Of a stretch of 64,000 nt of DNA, positions 50,339 through 58,695 are shown in pieces. The DNA is from Polyangiales bacterium. GTDB taxonomy: Bacteria; Myxococcota_A; Polyangia; Polyangiales; Polyangiaceae. Where the stretch lies: NCBI GenBank assembly GCA_038230375.1, contig JBBRNJ010000022.1, positions 32,001 through 96,000 on the forward strand, written 5' to 3'. The stretch's first letter is position 1. Every line of letters begins with the position of its first letter. The position numbers and the translations under genes are program-made. The notes under the pieces are model-generated. The model had not been told where the DNA came from. It saw nothing but the letters and a program-made list of their open reading frames with translations, and ran no database searches.

Positions 50339-51196
50339 GTGGCAGATAGTCGCGCCGGCACACGGGGAACGCTCTACGTCGTGGCCACGCCGATCGGCAA
50401 CCTGGGCGACATCACGCTTCGCGCGATCGAGACGCTGCGCGCTGTGGATCTGGTCGCAGCGGAGGACACCCGGCGCACGCGCGGCCTGCTCACCCACCTG
50501 GAGATCTCGAAGCCACTCGTACCCGCGCACGCCCACTCCAGCGAGCGCGAGCTGTGCGTCGTGACCGAAGCGCTGGAAGAAGGCAAGGCCGTCGCGCTGG
50601 TGACGGACGCGGGCACGCCCGCGGTGAGCGATCCAGGCGGCGTGCTCGTCGCGCGCGCGATCGCCATGGGCGCCGTCGTGATCCCCATTCCGGGCGCGAG
50701 CGCGGTGCTCTCTGCGTTGGTCGGGAGCGGACTCTGCACGGACGCGGGCTTCCGCTTCTTCGGCTTCATCTCGCGTGACGGCCTATCGCGCGCAGAGGTG
50801 CTCGGGCACATCGCCGCGACGCGCGAGCCGTGCGTGCTCTACGAATCCCCCAATCGCGTGCAGTCTACACTCACCGAGCTGGCTCGTGCGCAGCCGGCGC
50901 GTCAGGTGGCGGTCGCGCGGGAGCTCACCAAGATCCACGAGGAGTTCGTGCGCGGCACGCTGTCCGAGATCGCGGCGGAGGACCGCGAGTGGAAGGGCGA
51001 GGTCGTTCTCGTTCTAGGAGAGATGGAAGCCGCCGCGGAGAGCGTGGTGGACGAGGGGCTGCTCAACGCGCGCATCGACGCGGAGCTCGCGCAGGGCACG
51101 CATGCAAAGTCAGCGGCGGAGCGCATCGCCGCGTGGAGCGGCCTGCCAAAACGAGCGATCTACGAACGAATCATCCGGCGCAAGCAGGAAACCTAG
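50339..51196 (+). CDS. rsmI: 16S rRNA C1402 2'-O-methyltransferase
   Basis: LYVVATPIGNLGDIT, AEDTR, DAGTPAVSDPG, RELTKIHEE. Confidence 0.95.
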   Translation: MADSRAGTRGTLYVVATPIGNLGDITLRAIETLRAVDLVAAEDTRRTRGLLTHLEISKPLVPAHAHSSERELCVVTEALEEGKAVALVTDAGTPAVSDPGGVLVARAIAMGAVVIPIPGASAVLSALVGSGLCTDAGFRFFGFISRDGLSRAEVLGHIAATREPCVLYESPNRVQSTLTELARAQPARQVAVARELTKIHEEFVRGTLSEIAAEDREWKGEVVLVLGEMEAAAESVVDEGLLNARIDAELAQGTHAKSAAERIAAWSGLPKRAIYERIIRRKQET

Positions 51197-51236
51197 AGCC
51201 GGCCTTCTGGTGCGACCCGGAGGCTGCAGCAGCCTC

Positions 51237-51866
51237 CTAGCTGGGGCGGACAGAGGCGGCGGGAACCCAGGCGATGGCGGCGCTGCCCTCCCACACGAGC
51301 TCGTAGTTCGTGCCGTCGAAGTTCTTCACCTGGCCCGGGTAGCTCTTTCCGTCGCTCCATGTGGCGATCACGCGCGTGCCTGGCGGCAGTGGCCCGCCGG
51401 GTGAAAAGACAGGCTGCGGTGCAGTCGGCGCCCGCTCCTCCGCGGCCTTGGCAGCACGCATGGCCATGGCGGAGGCGACCTGCGCCTGCTGCAGCGTCGC
51501 CATGTCTTCCTCCGTGAGGGTCACCTGGAGCGTCATGATGCGAAGGCTCGCACCGGAGGCCTGAAACGTCCTGTTGCCGTAGGACTCCACGTCCGCGATG
51601 AGCCCCGCGCTGTCGCGCATGACTCCGAGCATCGAATCGCGTGACAGCCTGGACGAGAGCACCGTGGCAAGGCTGGTCAGGATCGTGTGCTTCACCGCCT
51701 CCACGAGTCCCGCCTCACCGCCGTGCTGCGCGACCGTGTTGGCGAACGCGCCGGGCTCCATCACGTCGATATGTGCGCTGCCGAAGGCGTTCGGGTGAAG
51801 CTCCACCTCCGAATGGTCTCTGACCGCTCCAAGCGGTCCTCCCCATTGAAACCCGAGCTCGCCCAT
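51237..51866 (-). CDS. SPFH-like domain fused to a Tudor/Agenet-like domain
   Basis: FQWGGP..VELHPNAFG; C-terminal PGTRVIATWSDGKSYPGQV..WVPAASVRP. Confidence 0.6.
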   Translation of the reverse strand: MGELGFQWGGPLGAVRDHSEVELHPNAFGSAHIDVMEPGAFANTVAQHGGEAGLVEAVKHTILTSLATVLSSRLSRDSMLGVMRDSAGLIADVESYGNRTFQASGASLRIMTLQVTLTEEDMATLQQAQVASAMAMRAAKAAEERAPTAPQPVFSPGGPLPPGTRVIATWSDGKSYPGQVKNFDGTNYELVWEGSAAIAWVPAASVRPS

Positions 51867-51906
51867 ACGTCGACGATACACGCGGAACGGGAAACCCGCC
51901 TGCTGA

Positions 51907-52551
51907 TCATGCCCCGCGCGCGTAGAACGGCGTGCCAAGGCGAAGAAGCCGGGAAATCGCGTCATCTGCGAGCACCATCGCGACGAACGGATCTTCCTTG
52001 GGGAGGCTCACGAACGCGTCGACCGCGAGCGGACCGTCGAGCTCGAGCCCGAGGACAGGCGTGGTGAGCTGGTCCGTGCTCGGGAAGTAGAGCTGGGCGA
52101 GGTACGCCGACTTCACTGCGGGCAGCTGCGAGAGCAGACGCACGAGGCGCGCAGTGAGCCGCGTGAGCTTGGGATCGGGACCGGGCAACGCGCCGTCGTC
52201 GCTCGGTGGAGGCGCAGTGCGATCGAAGGCGGCGTCCTCGAACAGCGCGTCGAAGTCGCGAAGGAGCGACTGGAGATGGTCTGCGTCCGGATCACCGTCG
52301 AAGTTGCGCATGGCCCAGACCGCGACGTTGCTGCTCTCGGGAAACTCCCCCTTCTCTTTCACGACCTCGCGCACACGAGGCAGGAGCACGAACTGCAGCC
52401 ACTGCTCCGGCGCCAGCGTCTTCATGCCGAACGCGCCCATGTCGACGAACTTCTCGTCGGGTGGTCTCTGCGCGGACCATCGACCAAGGCGCACGAGCTC
52501 CGCCTGGATCTCGTCGGCGATCTTCTCCGCCCGTTCGTGGAGCATCGACAT
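51907..52551 (-). CDS. YqcC-family domain fused to an SseB C-terminal-like domain
   Basis: AFGMKTLAPEQWLQFVLLPR; LPAVKSAYLAQ. Confidence 0.7.
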   Translation of the reverse strand: MSMLHERAEKIADEIQAELVRLGRWSAQRPPDEKFVDMGAFGMKTLAPEQWLQFVLLPRVREVVKEKGEFPESSNVAVWAMRNFDGDPDADHLQSLLRDFDALFEDAAFDRTAPPPSDDGALPGPDPKLTRLTARLVRLLSQLPAVKSAYLAQLYFPSTDQLTTPVLGLELDGPLAVDAFVSLPKEDPFVAMVLADDAISRLLRLGTPFYARGA

Positions 52552-52607
52552 GGGTAGACCCTACCTTCCCCGTTGCCCGTGGGCGAGACGACAATTAGCC
52601 TGTCCGC

Positions 52608-54131
52608 ATGGGCGCCTGGATCGATGCCTCGAAATTCCTCCGCAGCGGCGGTCCGAGCGACGTCCGCCTCGATGGGGTGACCGACACCGTCGCGCAGAAG
52701 CTCGCGGGGTGCGCGCATCTCGCGAAGGTGCGATCGCTGGATCTCACCGGTGGCCGGATCGGCGAAAAGGGCGCCAGGGCGCTCGCCGAGTCGCCTCACG
52801 TTCAAGAGCTCACGTCGCTCTCCCTCTCGCAATGCCACGCCAAGGACGCAGTGTTGATCGCCCTCAGCCGGTCGACCGCGTTGACGTCACTTCGCACGCT
52901 CGATCTCCACTGGAACGAGTTCGGGGCGCGGGGCTGGAAGGCGCTCACGAGCACCGCAGCGCTCCCTGCGCTCGTCGATCTTCGTGCGCGGTCCAACAAC
53001 CTGGGTCCAAAGGGCTGGAAGACGCTGCTCGAGTCGCCTCTCATGGAAAGGCTCGAGGCGATCGACCTGTCGGAGACGCGCCCCAAGCGCGAAGGGCTCG
53101 ATGCGCTTTTTTCCTCGAAGCCGCCGCGCCTGCGCAGGTTGACGATCGTCGCGGTCGACCTGGATGCACGAGGCATCGAGCGCCTTGTCTCGTGGCCAGC
53201 GCGGGCGGCGCTGACCGCGCTCGATGTTGGCCACAACATCCTGTGCGCGCAAGGAGCGGCGAAGCTCCTCTCTGCCCCGTGGCCGCTCCTCGAGGAGCTC
53301 GGCCTGCGCGACACCTTCGTCGGGGAGCTGTTCAAACCGCCGATGCCGCGGCTCGATGCCTTCAAGGCCCTCGCACGGCCGAAGGCTTTCCCCGGGCTGC
53401 GTTCTCTCGACTTGTCGGCGACAAGCCTGAGCGCCGATGCCGCCCGCGTGCTCGCGCGCGCGCCGTTCATGGCGGTGCTCGAGACGCTGAACCTCGCGGA
53501 GATGCCGGTCGACGAGTCCCTCGAGCTCCTGCTCGCCTCACCGCGGCTCGAGCGTCTCTCCTCGCTCAACGTTCGCGGCACTGATCTGTCGGATCGCGGC
53601 GCACTCGCGCTCGCCCGCGCGAAGCATCTCCGTGCGCTCGTGAACGTCGATGCAATGTGGAATCCTCTGATCGGCGCCGAGGGGCACCGCGCACTCCGCG
53701 CGCGCTTCGGCAAGGGCTTGCTACTTCCGCCGAAGCCGACTCCCCCGCCCAAGCCGGAGCGGACGCCCCGTTCGGCGCCCAAGGAGCCGGCAAAGCCGAA
53801 GCGGCTCCCGCTTGCGAAGCTTGCACGGATCGCACGGTCGAAGCCGTTCGAGCACTGGCGGCCGATGATGACCGCAAGGGAGACGAATGCGTCGACCGCG
53901 CTGATAGCGCGGGCCTGCAAGCAGCTCATGGCGCTTGGCGAGGACGCGAGCCCCGCGGCGCAGAAGAAGGTGCTGCGTGCGTGCGTCGTCGGGTTCAACG
54001 CGCTCTACCGCAAGCACGAGTTCATCCAGACGACCGAGGCCGAGGACATCAGCGAGGTCATCGACAACATCGCCGACCACACCAGCTTCTTCGGCGCGCA
54101 GGACCTCGCGGGTCCGTGGCGAGACTGGTAG
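52608..54131 (+). CDS. Leucine-rich repeat protein with C-terminal DUF5713-like domain
   Basis: Repeated LxxLDLxxNxxGxxG; ends FNAL..IQTTEAEDI..WRDW. Confidence 0.8.
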   Translation: MGAWIDASKFLRSGGPSDVRLDGVTDTVAQKLAGCAHLAKVRSLDLTGGRIGEKGARALAESPHVQELTSLSLSQCHAKDAVLIALSRSTALTSLRTLDLHWNEFGARGWKALTSTAALPALVDLRARSNNLGPKGWKTLLESPLMERLEAIDLSETRPKREGLDALFSSKPPRLRRLTIVAVDLDARGIERLVSWPARAALTALDVGHNILCAQGAAKLLSAPWPLLEELGLRDTFVGELFKPPMPRLDAFKALARPKAFPGLRSLDLSATSLSADAARVLARAPFMAVLETLNLAEMPVDESLELLLASPRLERLSSLNVRGTDLSDRGALALARAKHLRALVNVDAMWNPLIGAEGHRALRARFGKGLLLPPKPTPPPKPERTPRSAPKEPAKPKRLPLAKLARIARSKPFEHWRPMMTARETNASTALIARACKQLMALGEDASPAAQKKVLRACVVGFNALYRKHEFIQTTEAEDISEVIDNIADHTSFFGAQDLAGPWRDW

Positions 54132-54155
54132 TCGCGCGACCCTTCCAGAAGTGGG

Positions 54156-54542
54156 TCAGCCGGAGAACGAGCGCGTCATCTCGTCGAGCTCGGCGCGATC
54201 GAGCCCCTTCTCCTTCGCGAGCGCGTCGAGCCATGCATGGCGGCGCGCGCGGATCCACAGACTGGAGAGGCGCGGGCCGGCGATGAGCATGGGGATGAGC
54301 CCCAGCGTGAGGCTGGCGATGGCCATCATCTTGAGCGGGATCGGAAGTCCATGCGCCTCGTAGTAGTCCCAGAACAAGTTGTAGAGGCCACCCGCCATCG
54401 CGAGCCCCACGAAGAGAGACCCCACTGCGAAGACGCCACGCACGCGCCGCGTACGCTTTGCCATGGCGGCGATCGCTGCGTGCTCGGGATCGGGAGGCTC
54501 GTGGGGCGGCGGCACGTTCTCGCGGTAGGGAACCTGTGTCAC
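54156..54542 (-). CDS. Small 2-TM hypothetical protein
   Basis: PYRE N-terminus, two hydrophobic helices. Confidence 0.65.
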   Translation of the reverse strand: MTQVPYRENVPPPHEPPDPEHAAIAAMAKRTRRVRGVFAVGSLFVGLAMAGGLYNLFWDYYEAHGLPIPLKMMAIASLTLGLIPMLIAGPRLSSLWIRARRHAWLDALAKEKGLDRAELDEMTRSFSG

Positions 54543-54566
54543 GTCGCCAAGTATACGCCTGGAACG

Positions 54567-54983
54567 TCACGACGCTTGCTGGGGTGATCCGATGCGAGGC
54601 TCACGCCTCATCTGGCGCAGGTAGTACGCGCAACCAAGGGCAAGGCACACGTGCAAGACGGTGTTTGGTGCGAACGAGCCAACCGTGTGGAAGACGCCAG
54701 AGAGGTACGCGTGCGGATCCACCGGAAGAATTCCAAGTTGAAGGACCATGTTCGCCACGAGCACTGCGCGGAGCGTGGGCGAGGAGGCGTGCTTGCGAAC
54801 GAGGAAGTTGAGAAGACCGACGGCGCAGAGGAGGACGCCGGCGGTGCGCGCGTAGACGTTCGCGGTCGCGCTGGGTGGCGCGAGCTTCACGCTCTCGATC
54901 AGCACGGATGGTGCACACAAACACATGAGCCCCACAAGCAGCGGAACGATGGCGCTGATGGTGAGAAAGGTGCTCCGTTTCAT
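54567..54983 (-). CDS. 4-TM hypothetical membrane protein
   Basis: GAGGAGG RBS; ATGA overlap with the TetR stop. Confidence 0.8.
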   Translation of the reverse strand: MKRSTFLTISAIVPLLVGLMCLCAPSVLIESVKLAPPSATANVYARTAGVLLCAVGLLNFLVRKHASSPTLRAVLVANMVLQLGILPVDPHAYLSGVFHTVGSFAPNTVLHVCLALGCAYYLRQMRREPRIGSPQQAS

Positions 54984-55621
54984 GTCGTCCTCCTCTGTCT
55001 ATTGCTCGATCTTTTGCTCGGTCTCTTGCTCGGCCTCTTGCAAGGTGCACGGAGCGCGCCGAAGGTCTCGACGATGGAAGCCTGCACGTCCGCACTGGTT
55101 CCGCCGGTGTGCGACAGTGCGCTGAGCCCGTGGAGCACGGTGAACAGGTACGCAGCTGCGTGTTTTGGATCGAGGTCTGCGCGCGCCTCGCCGCGTGCCA
55201 CAGAGGCCGCGATCACGGCGCTGAACGCTGCGCGAACAGCGGCGCCACTGGCTGTGACAAGGGCGCGAATTTCGGGGTCCGAGGTCTGTTCGCCGAACGC
55301 GGTCTTCACAAGGAGACAGGCCGACACGCCCTGTGCTCGCAGCACGGAGAGGAACGTCTCCAGATACTGCGAGAGCTCCGCGAGACCCGCGCCCGGCGCA
55401 CCGAGCGGCGTGAGGCTCTCGCTCACGTGGGCGCGATAACGCGCCAGCGCGGCAAGGAAGAGCCCACGCTTGTCACCGAACGCGTTGTAGAGGCTCTGGG
55501 CCTTGAGGCCCGTCGCTTCAACAAGGTCGCGAATGCTGGCGCCCTCGAAGCCACGCATCCAGAAGGCCGAGAGAGAACGCTCGAGCACCAGGTCCATGTC
55601 GAACTCACGTGTCCTGGCCAT
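54980..55621 (-). CDS. TetR/AcrR family regulator
   Basis: MARTREFD..GFEGASIRDLVEATGL..SLYNAFGDKRGLF. Confidence 0.93.
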   Translation of the reverse strand: MARTREFDMDLVLERSLSAFWMRGFEGASIRDLVEATGLKAQSLYNAFGDKRGLFLAALARYRAHVSESLTPLGAPGAGLAELSQYLETFLSVLRAQGVSACLLVKTAFGEQTSDPEIRALVTASGAAVRAAFSAVIAASVARGEARADLDPKHAAAYLFTVLHGLSALSHTGGTSADVQASIVETFGALRAPCKRPSKRPSKRSSNRQRRTT

Positions 55622-55640
55622 GAAAAGAAAGTGACATATC

Positions 55641-55679
55641 TTGAGCGATCGTTCAACAAATTCTTGAACGAACGATCCA
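55641..55679. promoter_or_regulatory. Tandem TetR-type operators
   Basis: TTGAGCGATCGTTCAA (55641-55656, near-perfect palindrome) and TTGAACGAACGATCCA (55664-55679) just upstream of tetR. Confidence 0.7.
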
Positions 55680-55959
55680 TTATTTCTTGCGCTCCCGCCC
55701 GGTCAGCAACGACCTCGGCATGGACCTTCCCATGACTCCGGGTGGTACTGCGGTCGGCGTGGGGGACGAACGGTGCCTCGTCGCGCCGGACGCCTCCGTT
55801 GCGCGGACTGGCTCCCCCGCCTTGGGCGTTCAGGTTCACCTCTCAGGTGTACGTCACGCAAAGAAATGCCGACAAAATCGCAGATTCACCCGGAATTGTA
55901 CACCTGCTGGGTGTACAGCCATTCACGGCGATTCACGAGGCGGTCCCAAGGGAGGCGCC

Positions 55960-55993
55960 CGACCTCGACCTCGACTTCGACCTCGACTTCGAC
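55960..55993. repeat. (GACCTC/GACTTC)n hexamer tract abutting the ABC gene stop
   Basis: cgacctcgacctcgacttcgacctcgacttcgac. Confidence 0.9.
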
Positions 55994-55994
55994 G

Positions 55995-57977
55995 TTACTG
56001 GTATCCCCTCGCCTGCATCTCGTAGAGCCGCGCGTACGTCTTGTGCGCTGCTACCAGATCTGCGTGCGTGCCGTCCTCGACCACGTGACCGTTCTCGAGC
56101 ACCAGGATGCGGTCCGCCATGCGTACCGTGGGGAAGCGGTGCGAGATGATGAAGGTCGTCTTGCCTTGCGAGAGCTCGCGGAAGCGCTCGAACACCGCGT
56201 ACTCCGCCTCGGCGTCCAGCGCTGCGGTGGGCTCGTCCAGGACCAGGATGTCCGCCTCCTCGCGCATGAAGCCACGCGAGAGCGCGATCTTCTGCCACTG
56301 CCCGCCGGACAGCTCCACACCGTCCTGGAACCAGCGACCGAGCGCCGTGTCCATGCCCGACGCGAGGCCGCTCACCACAGGCTCCGCACCGCCCCGCGTG
56401 ACAGCGCGCTCGAGCCGCGTCTCATCCTCCATGTTGGTCACGCTGCCAACACCGACGTTCTCGCGCACGCGCAGCTGGTACTGATTGAAGTCCTGGAACA
56501 CGACACCGAAGCGCAAGCGCAGCTTCACCTCGTCCCATTCCCGAAGGTCACGCCCATCGAGCAAGATGCGACCACTGGTGGGCTCGTACAGACGCGTGAG
56601 CAGCTTCACGAGCGTGGTCTTGCCCGCCCCGTTCTGCCCGACCAGAGCAACGGACTGCCCACGAGGAATCGAAACACTGACATCCTCGAGCACGAACTTC
56701 TCAGCCCCAGGATATTTGAACGACACCCGGTCGAGCACGATCCCGGTCGAGGTCAAGGTCGAGGTCGGGGTCGAGGTCGGGGTCGAGGTCGAGGTCGAGG
56801 TCGAGGTCGAGGTCGAGGTCGAGGTCGAGGTCGAGGTCGGGGTCGAAGTCGTTGTCGTTGTCGCTGTCGCTTCTCTCTTCCCTTCCTGCGCCTCCCCTTC
56901 CGTCGACTGATCGAGAAACGCAAACAGGTTCGACATGTAGAGGTTGTGCTCGTACATGCTCCCGATCCCGCTCAAGATCGACTGGAACGCCTGCTGGCCG
57001 CTCCGGAACGCGAGCACGTACATCGTCATGCTGCCCAGCGTCAGCTTTGACAGCGCCGTCAGCACCGCCATGAACGCATACGCGCCATAGAAGGAGAGCG
57101 TGGCGATCATGGAGAGCAGATGCCCGTAGATGGTGCGGCGTATGGCGAGCTTCGTGTCCTCCTTGTGGAACTTCTCGGCGAGCTCCTTGTAGCGACCCAG
57201 GAAGAGCGAGCCCAGGCCGAAGAGCTTCACCTCCTTCGCGTGCTCGTCGTTCGCAAGGACGTACTCGTAGTAGATGAGCCGGCGCGCGTCTGGTGAGCGC
57301 CAGTTGCGCAGGCGGAAGGCCGTCTTGGAGAAGCGCATCTCCGCGATCGTCGCCGGGATCGTAGCTACCATCAGCACCACCACGATGAGCCCGGAGAAGC
57401 GCACCAGCAGCGCGCCGTAGCCGATCAGCGTGAGCACGGACTGCACGAGCGAGAAGCTCTCGCGCACGAGTGACAGCGGCCGAGAGCTCGCCTCGCGTCG
57501 CGCCTTGGACATCTTGTCGTAGAACTCGGAGTCCTCGAAGTGCGAGAGCGACAGCTTCGTCGCACGCTCCAGGATCTCCACGTTGATGTCAGTGCCCAGC
57601 CGTGAACCGAGCGTGCTCGTGGTGAGCGAGAGACCGCGGGTGTTCGTTGCCGAGAAGGCCACGAGCGCGAGCTCGATCAGCACCCAGTGCAGCGCGACGT
57701 CCTTGTGGTGATCGACCACCGCATCCACGATGCGCTTTCCCGCCAGCGCAATGAGCGGCGGGATCATGGCCCCCGTGAGCGTCAGTATGGCGAGCGCGAC
57801 CGTCAGCTTGGGCGACGAGCGCCACACGATGCCGAGCGTGCGCCGCGTGTAGCGGAACGACTCGACCATGCCCTTCGCGAAGGAACGCTTCGGCGGGTCC
57901 ACCGGCGGGCCGCCATGGCCGGGCGGGCTTGCGCTCTTCCCGGTGGCCTTCGCCTTCTTGTTAGATCGTGTCGCCAA
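55995..57977 (-). CDS. ABC transporter TMD-NBD with Thr/Ser repeat linker
   Basis: GQNGAGKT, LSGGQWQK, LDEPT, SHR. Confidence 0.93.
   Translation of the reverse strand: MATRSNKKAKATGKSASPPGHGGPPVDPPKRSFAKGMVESFRYTRRTLGIVWRSSPKLTVALAILTLTGAMIPPLIALAGKRIVDAVVDHHKDVALHWVLIELALVAFSATNTRGLSLTTSTLGSRLGTDINVEILERATKLSLSHFEDSEFYDKMSKARREASSRPLSLVRESFSLVQSVLTLIGYGALLVRFSGLIVVVLMVATIPATIAEMRFSKTAFRLRNWRSPDARRLIYYEYVLANDEHAKEVKLFGLGSLFLGRYKELAEKFHKEDTKLAIRRTIYGHLLSMIATLSFYGAYAFMAVLTALSKLTLGSMTMYVLAFRSGQQAFQSILSGIGSMYEHNLYMSNLFAFLDQSTEGEAQEGKREATATTTTTSTPTSTSTSTSTSTSTSTSTSTPTSTPTSTLTSTGIVLDRVSFKYPGAEKFVLEDVSVSIPRGQSVALVGQNGAGKTTLVKLLTRLYEPTSGRILLDGRDLREWDEVKLRLRFGVVFQDFNQYQLRVRENVGVGSVTNMEDETRLERAVTRGGAEPVVSGLASGMDTALGRWFQDGVELSGGQWQKIALSRGFMREEADILVLDEPTAALDAEAEYAVFERFRELSQGKTTFIISHRFPTVRMADRILVLENGHVVEDGTHADLVAAHKTYARLYEMQARGYQ
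56745..56869. repeat. (GAGGTC)n hexamer tract, opposite orientation, in-frame inside the ABC gene
   Basis: Encodes ATATTTTTSTPTSTSTST... between TMD and NBD. Confidence 0.92.
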
Positions 57978-58695
57978 GTGCCGCTTGTATCTTCGGGGCC
58001 GAGAAGCCCACCATGATCTTTCCGCCGACGTCGATGACGGGAATGCTCCCGCCCGACAGCCCGGCCTTCGCCAGCTTCGCGCGCATCTCGCGCTCCGCGC
58101 CCGAGTCCTTCTCGATGTCCTTCTCGACGAACTTCACATGCTTGCCGGAGAGCCACTTTGCGGCCTCGTGGCAGGCACCGCACCACTCCGCGCCGTAGAT
58201 GATCACACGCGGCTGGCCGGTCGCGGCGAGCGCGCCAAGACTGATGCCGCCATCACCCTGCACCGCCCCACCCTGCGCGTTCGCGCCGTTGGACGCGAGC
58301 GTTGGGCCCACCGCCTTGCGCCGCTCCACGATGTAGCTCTCGAACTCCGAGCGAGGCGACTGCGCGACCGCATAGGTGCCGTCCTCGTTCTTCCTGGTGA
58401 GGTCCGCGAGGTACATCATGTCCTCCGGTGGCGCGTGCGCGGGATCCATGACGCGGACCTTCTGCGCCTGCGCTGGGGGCACCTCCGCGATCGTGTCCAC
58501 GACGTGCGGGTTCCCCTTCTCGTCCACGTACGTGAAGCTCAGCCCTTTGGCGTCATCGCGAACGGTCGGCAGTACTGTTTGCTCCGCGGCGATCCCGGCC
58601 TGGTCCTTCTTGCAACCAGTCAACGGTCCGAGCGCCGCCGCAGCGAGCGCGAGAGAACAGGCAAAAACGCCCGCTAGATGACGCCGGCGGGTCAT
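57961..58695 (-). CDS. Lipoprotein with C-terminal glutaredoxin domain
   Basis: LTGC lipobox; YGAEWCGAC, IPVI, VGFS. Confidence 0.85.
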   Translation of the reverse strand: MTRRRHLAGVFACSLALAAAALGPLTGCKKDQAGIAAEQTVLPTVRDDAKGLSFTYVDEKGNPHVVDTIAEVPPAQAQKVRVMDPAHAPPEDMMYLADLTRKNEDGTYAVAQSPRSEFESYIVERRKAVGPTLASNGANAQGGAVQGDGGISLGALAATGQPRVIIYGAEWCGACHEAAKWLSGKHVKFVEKDIEKDSGAEREMRAKLAKAGLSGGSIPVIDVGGKIMVGFSAPKIQAALGDTI

